This document shows positions 35,482 through 45,982 of a stretch of DNA of 64,000 bases, one piece after another. The position numbers were made by a program, and so were the translations under genes. A model generated the notes under the pieces. The model was not told the DNA's origin. It saw only the letters and a list, made by a program, of their open reading frames with translations, and ran no database searches. The stretch is from a bacterium (GTDB taxonomy: Bacteria; Babelota; Babeliae; Babelales; RVW-14): contig JBDRBF010000002.1 in the NCBI GenBank assembly GCA_043822925.1, forward strand, positions 14,562-78,561, given 5' to 3'. Numbering within the stretch: the first letter of the stretch is position 1; every line of letters starts with the position of its first letter.

Positions 35482-37859
35482 GATCGTAATTGTGCTCCAA
35501 TTTTCTCAATAGCTGATATTACGGCAGTTCTGATTTCTTCTATTTCGTATCGTTCAAGCGTTTTTTCTGGATGTGAGACTCCGAGTCTAAATGTTAGAGA
35601 CCGTGAATCTGGCCACTCTTCTTTCTCGAAAAAGTCTATGAGTTGTACGTTATTAATTAAGTTTGAAGTAGCACGCATATTTTGTTCAAGAGTTTTTGTT
35701 GTTAATGTTAGTGGGACAAGGGCACTTATATCAAAATATGTTTCTTGAAAGCGAGAAAACGGTTTAAAGTTTTTTGTTTCGACCGGTTCTTGGAGTAAGA
35801 AATCACCATTAAGTTCAAAAATAAATGCGTCACTTTCTGGGAGCATTCCCATTTTGGCCAGGAGTGCTGGGTTGATTTTGCCGGCTGATCCAATAGTTTT
35901 TCCGTTAAGTGTTAGATGAGCTGATTGAAAAGGCATGTACCAGATGGGATCAGTAGTTGTTATTTTTTTCCAGTTTATATCATGTTTATCAAAACCCAAT
36001 GCTCCAAAAAGTTGTGAGATCTCTTGTTTCGCTACGTAAAAATCGACAGGCTTGCGTTTTTCAAAGAATATGCCTGCGATGCTTTTTTGTTCTAGTGCGC
36101 AATCGGGATTTGTACTGTTTTTTTGTACGGGCCAGATGCGTCCAGATTCAAAAAAGTTTATGCTTTCGTGATTGGCGCTATTTTCTTTAATATTTTTAAG
36201 TAACCCAGGTATAAGTGATGGGGTTAGGCGATAAAAGATTTCTGAGACGGGATTAACAATATGTATTGGCGCTTCTATTTGTATGCCGAGCTCAGTTAAA
36301 TTTTGTTCGTCGCACAGAGAGTAGTTTTGTTGCTCTATCATGTGCGAGCCATAGGCAAGCAGTTGCTTGATTTTTCTCATGCGCATGACGGGAGATAGGT
36401 CTGATGGAACGTTAATTCGGCGTGGGAGCTCGAGAGCGATTTTCTCAGAGCCGTATGTGCGTACAACTTCTTCTAATATGTCTTCTTTTATTTTGACGTC
36501 TTTGCTCGACCGGAACGTTGGCACGGTTATTGTATAAATTAGTGGTTTTTTAGATTTTATTGTAACGCCAAATTCGAGTGGAGAAAGTAATTTTTTTATT
36601 TCGCCAGGTGTTAATTTGATGCCAGATCTGTTTTCAAGAAATATATGATCGATTTCTATTGTTTCTTGTGGGGCTGGAGTGCCAACTGAGACTATTTCGT
36701 GAGCTGTTTTTATTTTGAGTTTATATTGTTTGGCTAAGTTAACAAAACGCATGATGGCTTGAATAGCTTGATTTGGATCAAGTGATTTTTCAAATCGAGA
36801 TGAGGCATCGCTTCTGGTTTTATGTTTGAGCGCCGTCTTGCGCACGGTGCCTGGGTCAAAGTTTGCTGATTCAAAAAAGAGTGACGTTGTTTGAGCGTTT
36901 ATAGAATCGTGCAGTCCGCCCATAATGCCGGCTAGTCCAATAGCTTTTTTTTCGTCTGCTATAACCAGGTCTTGAGGTGTGAGCGTTAGCTCATTACTAT
37001 CAAGTAAGATTAATTTTTCGTCTTGTTTGGCCATTCTTATAATAATCTTTTTTTCAGCAATTTTTTCTGCGTCATATGCATGAACCGGTTGGGACCAGTC
37101 GAGCATGACGTAATTGGTTAGGTCCACAAGACTATTAATTGGACGAGCATCAACTTTTAATAACCTGCTCATGATAAAAATATCTGACGGTTTATTTTTA
37201 ATGGAGGGGATATAAAGCCCGTTAAATATTTTGCATTGTTTTTGTGCGTTATTTTCTATTATAAATGGCGTTGTTTCTGTCGTTTGTGAGCTTGTATTAA
37301 ACTGCTTGCTGGTTAGCTTGGCTAAAAATTTCTTCTCAGGTAATAGGGGCAAATCTAAGAAAGCTGCTATTTCGCGGGCAAAGCCACGGTGTCCCCACAT
37401 GTCAGGGCGATGAGTGATAGATTTATTGTCTACTTCTATGATAATATCTTTTTTTTCAAATTTTGTGCGCCACACGCCAGTTAAGTCTTGAGCGTCAGCG
37501 TCTAGGGCTGGAATTAGGCCGGCTTTGTCTAGTCCAAAATCAGCCAGGCTTGCCCAAGTAAAAGTTTCTCCTGTCTTTTTAACTAAATAAACACTGCTTT
37601 TTGTTTTGGCTAAAACCTGTTCTGTTGGATCTGTTCTTTGTGATATTGTAACATCTTGTTTTAATTCTGGCACATGTACGGTGGTACTTGTTTGAGTTGT
37701 TCTTTGTGCCAAGTAAAAATTATCTAAATTTACTGATACATGGTGAACGTTTTCTATTTCGGCTGTTATTTTGTTAAATTTTGTAGCAATTGTATTAATA
37801 TCGATGTCTTGCCAGTTAGCATCTATGTGGTCAAATATCCATGCGATTGAAAGTTTCAT
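35478..37859 (-). CDS. pheT: Phenylalanine-tRNA ligase beta subunit
   Basis: 793 aa, [17 protein letters not shown]-terminal FDX-ACB-like domain. No pheS adjacent. Confidence 0.9.
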   Translation of the reverse strand: MKLSIAWIFDHIDANWQDIDINTIATKFNKITAEIENVHHVSVNLDNFYLAQRTTQTSTTVHVPELKQDVTISQRTDPTEQVLAKTKSSVYLVKKTGETFTWASLADFGLDKAGLIPALDADAQDLTGVWRTKFEKKDIIIEVDNKSITHRPDMWGHRGFAREIAAFLDLPLLPEKKFLAKLTSKQFNTSSQTTETTPFIIENNAQKQCKIFNGLYIPSIKNKPSDIFIMSRLLKVDARPINSLVDLTNYVMLDWSQPVHAYDAEKIAEKKIIIRMAKQDEKLILLDSNELTLTPQDLVIADEKKAIGLAGIMGGLHDSINAQTTSLFFESANFDPGTVRKTALKHKTRSDASSRFEKSLDPNQAIQAIMRFVNLAKQYKLKIKTAHEIVSVGTPAPQETIEIDHIFLENRSGIKLTPGEIKKLLSPLEFGVTIKSKKPLIYTITVPTFRSSKDVKIKEDILEEVVRTYGSEKIALELPRRINVPSDLSPVMRMRKIKQLLAYGSHMIEQQNYSLCDEQNLTELGIQIEAPIHIVNPVSEIFYRLTPSLIPGLLKNIKENSANHESINFFESGRIWPVQKNSTNPDCALEQKSIAGIFFEKRKPVDFYVAKQEISQLFGALGFDKHDINWKKITTTDPIWYMPFQSAHLTLNGKTIGSAGKINPALLAKMGMLPESDAFIFELNGDFLLQEPVETKNFKPFSRFQETYFDISALVPLTLTTKTLEQNMRATSNLINNVQLIDFFEKEEWPDSRSLTFRLGVSHPEKTLERYEIEEIRTAVISAIEKIGAQLRS

Positions 37860-37909
37860 AGTGATCGCCCATTTCTAATCGAAAAATTGGTTTTGTAGGT
37901 GTTTGTTTT

Positions 37910-37933
37910 GTCATCCTGAACTTGTTTCAGGAT
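37910..37933 (+). repeat. Minimal palindromic element variant
   Basis: GTCATCCTGAACTTGTTTCAGGAT. Confidence 0.6.
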
Positions 37934-38085
37934 TTATTCATTAATCTCTTTTATGTACCTGTTAAATGTACCAGTTAGAAAATTGCTGTCAAAGGCGTTT
38001 TGTTTGACGAATGGTAGAGAGCTCGCTATAACTAGATAAGTTTTTAGGGTCTAAAAGGGTCTAAAACAAGGGAAAGGAGCCTGTT

Positions 38086-38994
38086 ATGAAGTCAAGAATA
38101 GGTCTATTTTTTGTCACGGTTTCGTTGTTTGGGGGGATAGTTCAGACGGCTGAGGTTTCGAGATATTCTGGTACGGCTAAAGCTGAAGTTATAAATGGGT
38201 TGCGCGCTGGTAAAAAAGTATGTGCTGCTGTTGCAACCATGTCTGATATCAAAGATTTTTTTACTACTGATAAGGCGGTAGCTCCAACGATAGTTATTCC
38301 GGCGCAGCTTGCCGAGCATATTTATAATGTCTTGTGTGCGGCGCTTGAAGAGGGCGATCTTTTAGTAAAAATCAAAAATATTACTCTTAGGCCGGTTATG
38401 AAATCCAATCGTATTGTAACAGAAACGATAGCTCCGGATGGAACTAAAACTATAGTTAAAGAGCTAAGGGGTTTATTGGATAGTAATAAGAATATAGAGG
38501 GGCGCAAATACGCTCGCCAGGTATCAAAAGCTTTTATAAAAGAAGTTGCTCATACGACAACAGGAAAAGTTGCTGGAATGGTCCTTGCAGGCGATGAAAA
38601 CAGAATTTACAGGCGTATTTGTAAGTTGGTAGTGAATACTATTCTTGATGGTGTTATCGCTTTTTCAGTAGATTATTATAAAAATACTGTGTCAGCAGAC
38701 TTGTTGAATACTCAGACTTTGGAAAATGCCTGGAAAAAGGGATATAAAGATGCCCTTGCAACGTTTGTTCCAGCTTTTTTATATGAAATTCTTGGAGAGA
38801 TGCTTATTAGTTCCATAGAGGGTGATGATGGCGTTGCGTTGCTTGATCTGCTTAAATTAAGTGGTTTGTCGTCTTATTTTACTGGCGCTAATCAAGATGG
38901 TCAGGTTGTCACGACAGAGCTTCCTGCTCCTGCTGTTGTTCAAACAGATCCTGTAGTTACTCCAGTAAGTCCTGAAGTTGTTCTCGTTGGTTAG
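38086..38994 (+). CDS. Hypothetical protein with signal peptide and P/V-rich C-terminus
   Basis: Signal peptide MKSRIGLFFVTVSLFGGIVQTA, GGAG SD, terminator downstream. Confidence 0.5.
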   Translation: MKSRIGLFFVTVSLFGGIVQTAEVSRYSGTAKAEVINGLRAGKKVCAAVATMSDIKDFFTTDKAVAPTIVIPAQLAEHIYNVLCAALEEGDLLVKIKNITLRPVMKSNRIVTETIAPDGTKTIVKELRGLLDSNKNIEGRKYARQVSKAFIKEVAHTTTGKVAGMVLAGDENRIYRRICKLVVNTILDGVIAFSVDYYKNTVSADLLNTQTLENAWKKGYKDALATFVPAFLYEILGEMLISSIEGDDGVALLDLLKLSGLSSYFTGANQDGQVVTTELPAPAVVQTDPVVTPVSPEVVLVG

Positions 38995-39021
38995 GTATAA
39001 TAAGTTTTAAGCTTTAAAATT

Positions 39022-39067
39022 AAATAAGCATGTATATTTTTGATATACATGCTTATTTAATTTTTTT
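39022..39067. terminator. Bidirectional terminator between convergent genes
   Basis: 16-bp stem AAATAAGCATGTATAT/ATATACATGCTTATTT with a 5-nt loop, then a T7 run on the + strand. Confidence 0.6.
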
Positions 39068-39082
39068 GAGAAAAAGTTTGGC

Positions 39083-42067
39083 TTAGAAAGCTTCGCCAAG
39101 TGTTAGATACCAGGCATATGGGCAGTCGTTTTTAACAAATTTTTTCCACTTCCAGCCAATATCAAAACGTATTGCGCCGACAGGTGTTTGATAACGTACG
39201 CCAAAGCCAGACGATGGGTACCAGCTTTTGGTTAGTCCGGCAAAGCTTGATTGGCTGAGTACTCCGACATCTTGAAATAAAACAGCACCAAACTTTTTGA
39301 ATACTGGTATGCGCAGTTCAAGATTACCGTTCATCATAGATGAGCCACCTTGAATTGTGTAACTGTGGGTTTCTGTTGTATTGTTATTTTCGTCTGTTTT
39401 TTTAGTTACGTTAAGGCCAAGTGGTGGTAGCGAATCTTTTTCGTAGCCACGAACAGAATATGGTCCGCCTAAATAAAAACGTTCGATTGGTTGAACTTGG
39501 TTAAAGTGTCGACTAAAAAGATGCCCAAAGCGTAAACGAGCAGCAAGAACTATTTTGTCATAGACGGGATAAAAAATTGATTGTTCGGCTGTAAAGCGTG
39601 ATGTGATAACGCCACGTGTATGTGGGACCATCACTTTTATAGAGAGATAGGTTAGGGAGCCTTTTGTTGTATTTATGGTCTCGTCACGTTTATCTATAAT
39701 AAAGCTTGGGTCAACAAAAAAATATGGGATAGTTTTGTTTATTAGCGATGGATGCAAGTTTAGATTGCCGCGTACACGGCTTGTTTTTATCCATTCGTTT
39801 CCGGCTGTAAGTCCCCAGTAGTAGTTATCTTTAAATTCATCGCTTAGGCCAGCCAGCAATCCTGTTTGTTCGGCTTCGTAGGCTGAATCGCTTGAGCCTA
39901 TTTGTACCGGGTGTATGTATTTATTTGCGTAACCACTGAACTTTGCAGTGTGTGATGACCCAAGAATTGATGGCTGTTGGTAGGTTGTTTCGCATTTTCG
40001 TTCAAAGCGTGTAAAAAATGTGTCAAAGTCGAGGTTGTCTGCTCTGTTAGTTAGATTTTTCATGGTCAAGCCAGCACCGATTTTTGGCGTCGATTGGCGT
40101 TTGAATAAAAAGTTTTTGTTGGTTAAAAAGTACCCGGCGCGCAGTCTTAGTTCTAGCTGGTCATCGTCAACCAGGTTAAGAATTACCGGTTTTTTACTTT
40201 TATTTTCTGTGATTTGATATGGGTGTATTTGAATTTGCTTAAATACGCCCAGACGTTTTAGTTTTTTTCTGGTGAGTTCTAATTTTTCTTTGCTCCATAA
40301 ATCGCCTTCTTTAAATTTTACTTCTTTGATAATGCGTTTGAATGGGAGCTTTGAGTTTCCGCGTACAACAAGTTTGCCAAATTTTACCCGTGGCCCAAGA
40401 ATAATATTCCAGTTTACAAAAACTTTTGTTGCATGCTTATATTTTATTTTTTGTAATTGTTCAGCTTCTACAGGATAGAGGTGAATGTGAGGCTTTACTT
40501 TTATGTACCAGTAGCCTAATTTTTGGAAATAATTGAGTAAATAAATTTTTTGTTGTCGCAACCAGTTCATGTTAAATGGAATCAAATAATCTGTATTTTC
40601 TGTAACATATTTTTGGAAGAATTCATGTTTTTCTAAGTTATGGTGTTTTTTTATAGAGAATCCGCCCCAAAAGTGTTGTTGCCCTTTTTTGATAAGTATT
40701 TTTATAGTGTATTTTTCGTTGTGTTTATTTTTTGTTATTTTCTTTTCAAGAATCGTAAAATTCCAGAAGCCATTTGAGAAATAAAAGTTTTTGAGTTCTT
40801 CGATGCTTTTGTCTAAAATTGTTTGATCTAGAATTTTGTTTTTAAGTAGATTTTTCCAAAAGAAAGCAGGCTCTTGGGTTTTTGGATGGGCGACATCGCA
40901 GACAGTTATTTTTTCAACTAGTACTGGTTTTTTTTCATTAATTATAAAAGAGAGTATTTGGTTGTCGAGCTTTTTGTGTGATATTTCTGTATCCCAGTAG
41001 CCTTTTTTATAGTATTCATATAAAAGTTGTTCGGTGATAATATCGGGGGAAAAGAGCCAATCTGGTTGTTCAATCCCGATAATGGTTTCTTTTATATATT
41101 GTTCTGTAAAGAGATTGTTACCAATAAAATGTAAATTCTTTTGTTTTCCCAGTGTAATATTAAATGTAATAAAGACTGTAAATTTTTTGTTATTACTTGT
41201 TCTGTCCATAGATATGTGACTATGCAGAAACCCTTTGTCTTTTAAGAAACGTTGTATTTTGCGCGCGAGTTTTTCTATTTGATTTTTATCGTATAAGCTT
41301 GGGACGATAATTTTGTGAAAATTTTTGTATAATTCTTGTTTAATGCTTGTAATATTGGCTACTTTTTCAGGATTATTATCCATGACGTTAAAATCAACTT
41401 TTTTTATAGTAAATCGACGTTTTTGTTTGGCGTATAATTTGACGGTTATAGTTTTGTTTCTTTTTGAGTAGAGTAGCTCATCGGTTAGTTTGCAGGCCAG
41501 GTAGCCTTGATCGTGTAGATATTTTTTTATGGTCTGTAAAGATTTTTCGTGTACTGTGATATCAAATAAGTCTCCAGGTTGTTGGGTATATAAATTTGTG
41601 TATAACTGTTTTCCGAAAATAATGCCTCTAAAAATAAATTTTTTAAGTATCCAGTTTCCAGTAAATTTGAACTCAATATGTTTACCCATGTTGTAATCAG
41701 AGATATTAATGTCGATCGAATTAAAACGTTTTTTATCTAAAAGATTTTTATATGCGTGATCAATATGAGCGAGTGTTACAAAAGAATTAACGGAAAGCTG
41801 TGTTAAATATAAAAATTCTTCTTTGCTGAATGGGATGTCTGACGTATATGTTAATTTTGTTAAGAGAAATGACGTGTTTTTTAATGTGGATGTTTTTATA
41901 AGTCGACCAAGAGTTCCCCCATACTGTTGGGGTTGTTCTTTTTGTGTCTCTTGCGTTTGTTTTTGTGCTTGTATTTGTACGTGAAGAGACAGGGGGAGGA
42001 AGAGTAATAAAAAAAAATATCGATAGATTCGACAAAAAGATACGTGTTCCAATTCAGCATACTCCAC
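39083..42067 (-). CDS. bamA: Outer membrane protein assembly factor BamA (Omp85)
   Basis: 994 aa, POTRA-like N-terminal repeats, RFYLGGPYSVRGY, terminal ...LTLGEAF. Confidence 0.85.
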   Translation of the reverse strand: MEYAELEHVSFCRIYRYFFLLLFLPLSLHVQIQAQKQTQETQKEQPQQYGGTLGRLIKTSTLKNTSFLLTKLTYTSDIPFSKEEFLYLTQLSVNSFVTLAHIDHAYKNLLDKKRFNSIDINISDYNMGKHIEFKFTGNWILKKFIFRGIIFGKQLYTNLYTQQPGDLFDITVHEKSLQTIKKYLHDQGYLACKLTDELLYSKRNKTITVKLYAKQKRRFTIKKVDFNVMDNNPEKVANITSIKQELYKNFHKIIVPSLYDKNQIEKLARKIQRFLKDKGFLHSHISMDRTSNNKKFTVFITFNITLGKQKNLHFIGNNLFTEQYIKETIIGIEQPDWLFSPDIITEQLLYEYYKKGYWDTEISHKKLDNQILSFIINEKKPVLVEKITVCDVAHPKTQEPAFFWKNLLKNKILDQTILDKSIEELKNFYFSNGFWNFTILEKKITKNKHNEKYTIKILIKKGQQHFWGGFSIKKHHNLEKHEFFQKYVTENTDYLIPFNMNWLRQQKIYLLNYFQKLGYWYIKVKPHIHLYPVEAEQLQKIKYKHATKVFVNWNIILGPRVKFGKLVVRGNSKLPFKRIIKEVKFKEGDLWSKEKLELTRKKLKRLGVFKQIQIHPYQITENKSKKPVILNLVDDDQLELRLRAGYFLTNKNFLFKRQSTPKIGAGLTMKNLTNRADNLDFDTFFTRFERKCETTYQQPSILGSSHTAKFSGYANKYIHPVQIGSSDSAYEAEQTGLLAGLSDEFKDNYYWGLTAGNEWIKTSRVRGNLNLHPSLINKTIPYFFVDPSFIIDKRDETINTTKGSLTYLSIKVMVPHTRGVITSRFTAEQSIFYPVYDKIVLAARLRFGHLFSRHFNQVQPIERFYLGGPYSVRGYEKDSLPPLGLNVTKKTDENNNTTETHSYTIQGGSSMMNGNLELRIPVFKKFGAVLFQDVGVLSQSSFAGLTKSWYPSSGFGVRYQTPVGAIRFDIGWKWKKFVKNDCPYAWYLTLGEAF

Positions 42068-42205
42068 GGTAAAATAGCATGTTTTTATTATTTTAACATA
42101 CTATTTTTGTCTCGTCTTGTCTGCTTTTTGTGATAAGTTAAAAAAGATTAATTGAAAATAAATAATGTCGAATCAATCTGTTTTATGGCTTATTTCGTTA
42201 TAATT

Positions 42206-42490
42206 TTATTCACGGTCGAGAATTCTAAAGACTCCTCGAAATGATTTTTCAGTAAGTAATGGTTCTATTTGAATGTCGGCTATTTTTGATTTATTTGGTC
42301 CTTTATATAAGAGATCGATAAATTGGTCTAGTTTGGTGGCGTCGCCGCAGACATATATAATGACGCTTTGGTCATCTAGGTTTTGAATGGTTCCTTCTAT
42401 TCCGAGAGTCTGGGCTTGTTTTTGAGCAAATTTCCGGTAGCCCACTTCTTGAACTTGGCCGGTAATTTTAATTTTGACACTCTGCTTCAT
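42206..42490 (-). CDS. acyP: Acylphosphatase
   Basis: VKIKITGQVQEVGYRKFA and GTIQNLDD motifs. ATG 42490 is preceded by GGAGAAAA. The track start at 42517 is GTG. Confidence 0.8.
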   Translation of the reverse strand: MKQSVKIKITGQVQEVGYRKFAQKQAQTLGIEGTIQNLDDQSVIIYVCGDATKLDQFIDLLYKGPNKSKIADIQIEPLLTEKSFRGVFRILDRE

Positions 42491-42622
42491 TTTTCTCCTT
42501 TTTCTTATTATGCCCACTCAGACGGGGCTTTCGTTATGAGCGTAGCGTCATAGTATCAGAATAAAAATTTAAAAGTCAAATATTTGTGTGAGCTTGTTCA
42601 ATATTCGCGCTCTGGTTCTATT

Positions 42623-43888
42623 TTATGAGGTTATTTTTTGAAAGAGTTTTGTGTATAAATTCACATGATATTTGATCATGTTCTCGTTTTTGAAGTCTAA
42701 AATGGTATCGGGAAAATTACTTAAATCTGTGTATAGTTTTTTATCCATTACGAGCGTCTCGAGTTTTTTTGATAGATCCTGCCAGTCTCCGGGTTTAATT
42801 AAGAAGCCATTTTTCCCATCATAAATTACTTCTGAGATGCCGCCGACGTTATACGCGACGATTGGCAATTTACTTAGGCGCGCTTCTATTATTGCACAGG
42901 GTAACCCCTCCCAGAGAGAGCTGAGGGCAAAAAGATCCCATTTTTTTACATATTTGGAAACGTCATGTTGCCAGCCTAAAAGTGTGATATATGACGACAT
43001 ATTATTTTTTGAAATCCAGTTTTCGAGCATTGGTCTTTGTTCTCCGTCGCCGATAATTTCAAGCTTTAGGCCGCAACCAAACCCTATACAGGTGGTTTGG
43101 TTTAGTGGTCTTTGTTGTGTGTTTTGAACGAGTAATTTAAAAGCTTTTAGCAAGTCTAAGCAGTTTTTTTGGGGTTTAAAGCAGGCGATAGAACCAATAG
43201 TAAAGTCGTGAGTGATATTTTGAGTATAATTTTGTTTTTGAGTGTGAGAATCATGAGTCTTAGAAATATTACTGGTGCGAGCTGGCATATAAAAATCGTC
43301 CCAATTTACGGCGGCTCGAATTAAGACACTTTTTTGTTCAAATTTGGGGAAAAGACGTATGCCCTCGAGTTGATCTTTTTTTGATACACAAATAAATTTT
43401 GTTGTAATAAGTGATGTTATATATTCGAGAAAATAAACTATAGCCCACTGGTGTTTTGGTTGATGCTCATGAAAGCCGTAACCATGTACAGTGTGTATGC
43501 GTTTTTTTGCGCCGGCAAAGAACGCAGCCCAGCGACCAAAAATGCCAGCTTTTGTACTGTGTGTGTGAATAATTAATTGGGGATATTTATTTTTGAGTGA
43601 GCGTATAATTTTTATGAGCGAAAAAAAAGCTTTTATTTCAGAAAAAATTATTTTAATGCCTATTTCGCGCTTGAGCGAATCAAGAAAAAAAACAGCGTCG
43701 GGCTTTGTTGCATGAGTTTGCGAATTAATAACTGTTGGAGCAAGTTCTCCTTGTGAGCCAGATACGAGGTGGGTTGGATATCCTGAATTTTGTATACCAT
43801 TAAATAAAGTGAGACAGACTTTTTGGGCACCGCCAAGCTCAAGTTTTGTTATAATATATAAGACGTGAATTTCTTTGTTTTCTTTCAT
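42623..43888 (-). CDS. Family 4 (group 1) glycosyltransferase
   Basis: GGAQKV N-terminus and EGLPCAIIEA...GGISEV (E-x7-E region). Confidence 0.8.
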   Translation of the reverse strand: MKENKEIHVLYIITKLELGGAQKVCLTLFNGIQNSGYPTHLVSGSQGELAPTVINSQTHATKPDAVFFLDSLKREIGIKIIFSEIKAFFSLIKIIRSLKNKYPQLIIHTHSTKAGIFGRWAAFFAGAKKRIHTVHGYGFHEHQPKHQWAIVYFLEYITSLITTKFICVSKKDQLEGIRLFPKFEQKSVLIRAAVNWDDFYMPARTSNISKTHDSHTQKQNYTQNITHDFTIGSIACFKPQKNCLDLLKAFKLLVQNTQQRPLNQTTCIGFGCGLKLEIIGDGEQRPMLENWISKNNMSSYITLLGWQHDVSKYVKKWDLFALSSLWEGLPCAIIEARLSKLPIVAYNVGGISEVIYDGKNGFLIKPGDWQDLSKKLETLVMDKKLYTDLSNFPDTILDFKNENMIKYHVNLYTKLFQKITS

Positions 43889-43956
43889 GAAGCTTTCCCC
43901 TTTTATTTAAAAAAATCATGAAAACAAATAGATTGCTATTTTTACAGTATATTGCA

Positions 43957-44628
43957 CTAAGTTTGTGATTTGTTCTTTGTTTCTGTAGGTGCGATCATGG
44001 TAGCTTTATTTTTTTCTTTTGGAAAAAGTTTTGCTATTTCAGGAGAATTATCACTCAATAAAAGTATTGATTTTTGGGTAGATGGCCTAAGGTTTTTGAA
44101 TGTGCTTATTAATTCTTTGTCTGTTGGATTTTCGTATAATTTTGTAAGCATTGTTTCGCACAGCAGTACAAAGAGATCTTTGTTATAGAATGAGCGAATA
44201 ATAAGAAATAATTTGAAAAGAGTAGGCAGTGTTTCGTTTTTAAGTTTCGTTTTTAAGATTGTTACTATATGTTCTTTTTTTTCTTTATTTTGTTCTTTTT
44301 TTATGGAGAGCGTCGTGCTTAGGTAGGTTAGAATTTTTTGACAACAGTCACAGATAATGGGAATGTGTATAAAAATGTTTTTATAGCTCATGTTTTTATG
44401 AGATTCTGTTTCGATTATTTGCATAATATCGGGTATTGTTTGGGCAATAGAAAGAGGCATTTTAACAATTCCATCAATACATTGTAGTTTTATGTATTCT
44501 GGCTCTTGATTGTTTTTTTGTTGTGTTGCTTGAAGTGTTTGGGCCCCTATTATTGTTAGTGTAAGCATGAAAAATATCGTGTGTCGAATTGATGTGTTTG
44601 AAGGGATGTTCTTTTGGTTTTTTTTCAA
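43957..44628 (-). CDS. Skp1/BTB-POZ-like protein with N-terminal hydrophobic segment
   Basis: IKLQCIDGIVKMPLSIAQ...IFIHIPIICDCCQKILTYL versus human Skp1 IKLQSSDGEIFEVDVEIAK...VPLPNVNAAILKKVIQWC. TLFKLFLIIRSFYNKDLFVLLCETM versus [25 protein letters not shown]. Confidence 0.5.
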   Translation of the reverse strand: MKKNQKNIPSNTSIRHTIFFMLTLTIIGAQTLQATQQKNNQEPEYIKLQCIDGIVKMPLSIAQTIPDIMQIIETESHKNMSYKNIFIHIPIICDCCQKILTYLSTTLSIKKEQNKEKKEHIVTILKTKLKNETLPTLFKLFLIIRSFYNKDLFVLLCETMLTKLYENPTDKELISTFKNLRPSTQKSILLLSDNSPEIAKLFPKEKNKATMIAPTETKNKSQT

Positions 44629-44855
44629 GGATTATTCCCGTTTTTTGACTTTTTTAAGCTGTACTTTGTATTGTGAGTTGTAATTATATAAATTTGTGAG
44701 TTAAATTCAAATTTTTTCATTAAATTGGGATTTATGGGAATACGATTTGTATTGTCATAAAAAAGTGCATGTTTATAATATACTGTTACTGGAGAAGGCT
44801 TAGAAATTAGGTTTGTTTTTTTTGAAAATCTTAATTTACGTGAGGGGACAAGAGT

Positions 44856-45536
44856 ATGTTTAATTCTGCGATTTGGCATCTTATTGTGATTTCTGACTGG
44901 ATAAGTAAGTATGTTATAATGCTTGGTCTTTTTGTTTTGTCTGTATTTTGTGTTGCTATAATTATTAATAAATTTGTTGCATTTAGACGAGAGAAATCTC
45001 GATTGCTCATGCTTGCTCTTAATGTGAAAAACTGTGTATCGCTAGATCAGCTTGCATTGTTAAGTGTTGGGTTTAAAGGGCACATAGGGGATGATTTTTT
45101 GACTAATGCTTTGGTTAGAATAAATCAGCTTGTAGATCAAAAACGAGTAGAGAACAAAGAGATTGTATATCAAGACATTGAGCAGCTTGATTTAGTGTTG
45201 AGCCAAGATATAGATGCTTTGATATTACAGGAAGAAGAGTATTTGCCTTTGCTTGGTACGAGTGCTGCGGTGGCGCCATTGATGGGTTTATTTGGAACTA
45301 TTTGGGGTCTTGTTAATGCATTTATTAGTATTGGGCAAGAAAAATCTGCAGACATCTCAGTTATTGCTCCTGGAATAGCGGCTGCTTTGCTTACAACGTT
45401 GGCGGGATTAATCGTCGCAATTCCAGCGCTTATTATGTTTAATTATTTTTCTAACGAATTGCGTAAGATTGAAGGCCAGCTTTGTAATATGCAAGATATT
45501 ATTTTGATGACCGCAAAGCAGGCGTTAATAAAATAG
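44856..45536 (+). CDS. tolQ: MotA/TolQ/ExbB proton-channel protein
   Basis: GLFGTIWGLVNAF and IAAALLTTLAGLIVAIPA. Confidence 0.85.
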   Translation: MFNSAIWHLIVISDWISKYVIMLGLFVLSVFCVAIIINKFVAFRREKSRLLMLALNVKNCVSLDQLALLSVGFKGHIGDDFLTNALVRINQLVDQKRVENKEIVYQDIEQLDLVLSQDIDALILQEEEYLPLLGTSAAVAPLMGLFGTIWGLVNAFISIGQEKSADISVIAPGIAAALLTTLAGLIVAIPALIMFNYFSNELRKIEGQLCNMQDIILMTAKQALIK

Positions 45537-45565
45537 GGTAGTGAAAATTTAGGGTAGTGGAAATT

Positions 45566-45982
45566 ATGAGTAGACTGAGAAGAGCTAAAACAAAGCGTTT
45601 TAGAATGCCTGAAGTTGTGTTGCTTCCATTAATTGATGCTGCGTTGACGTTGCTTGTTATTTTTATTGTTACTGCGCCGGCAATGCAAAATGGTATAAAA
45701 ATTGATCTACCGCAGGGCAGAAGTAGAGAAGTTGCATCTCAACAGGATCTCGTTGTGACCTTAAATAAACAGGGTTTAATGTACTTTAATGGGTACCCTG
45801 TTAAGAAAAAAGAATTACTTGAAACCGTACAAAGAGCTCTTGCAGGGAAAGATGATACTCCTGTATATGTTAGGGCTGATAAATTAGTTTCGTATGGAGA
45901 TGTTATAGAGATCGTGGATAGTCTTAAAGAGGCTGGCGTTAAGTATGTTGCTATGTCAACGGTGCCATTGTCAAAATCATGA
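45566..45982 (+). CDS. tolR: ExbD/TolR biopolymer transport protein
   Basis: PLIDAALTLLVIFIV TM helix; VYVRADKLVSYGDVIEIVDSLKEAG. Confidence 0.8.
   Translation: MSRLRRAKTKRFRMPEVVLLPLIDAALTLLVIFIVTAPAMQNGIKIDLPQGRSREVASQQDLVVTLNKQGLMYFNGYPVKKKELLETVQRALAGKDDTPVYVRADKLVSYGDVIEIVDSLKEAGVKYVAMSTVPLSKS

Noticed and set aside
44625-44879. 84-aa minus-strand ORF overlapping the tolQ start
   Set aside because: No motif and no good start context. It occupies the promoter/5' region of tolQ and overlaps both neighbours.
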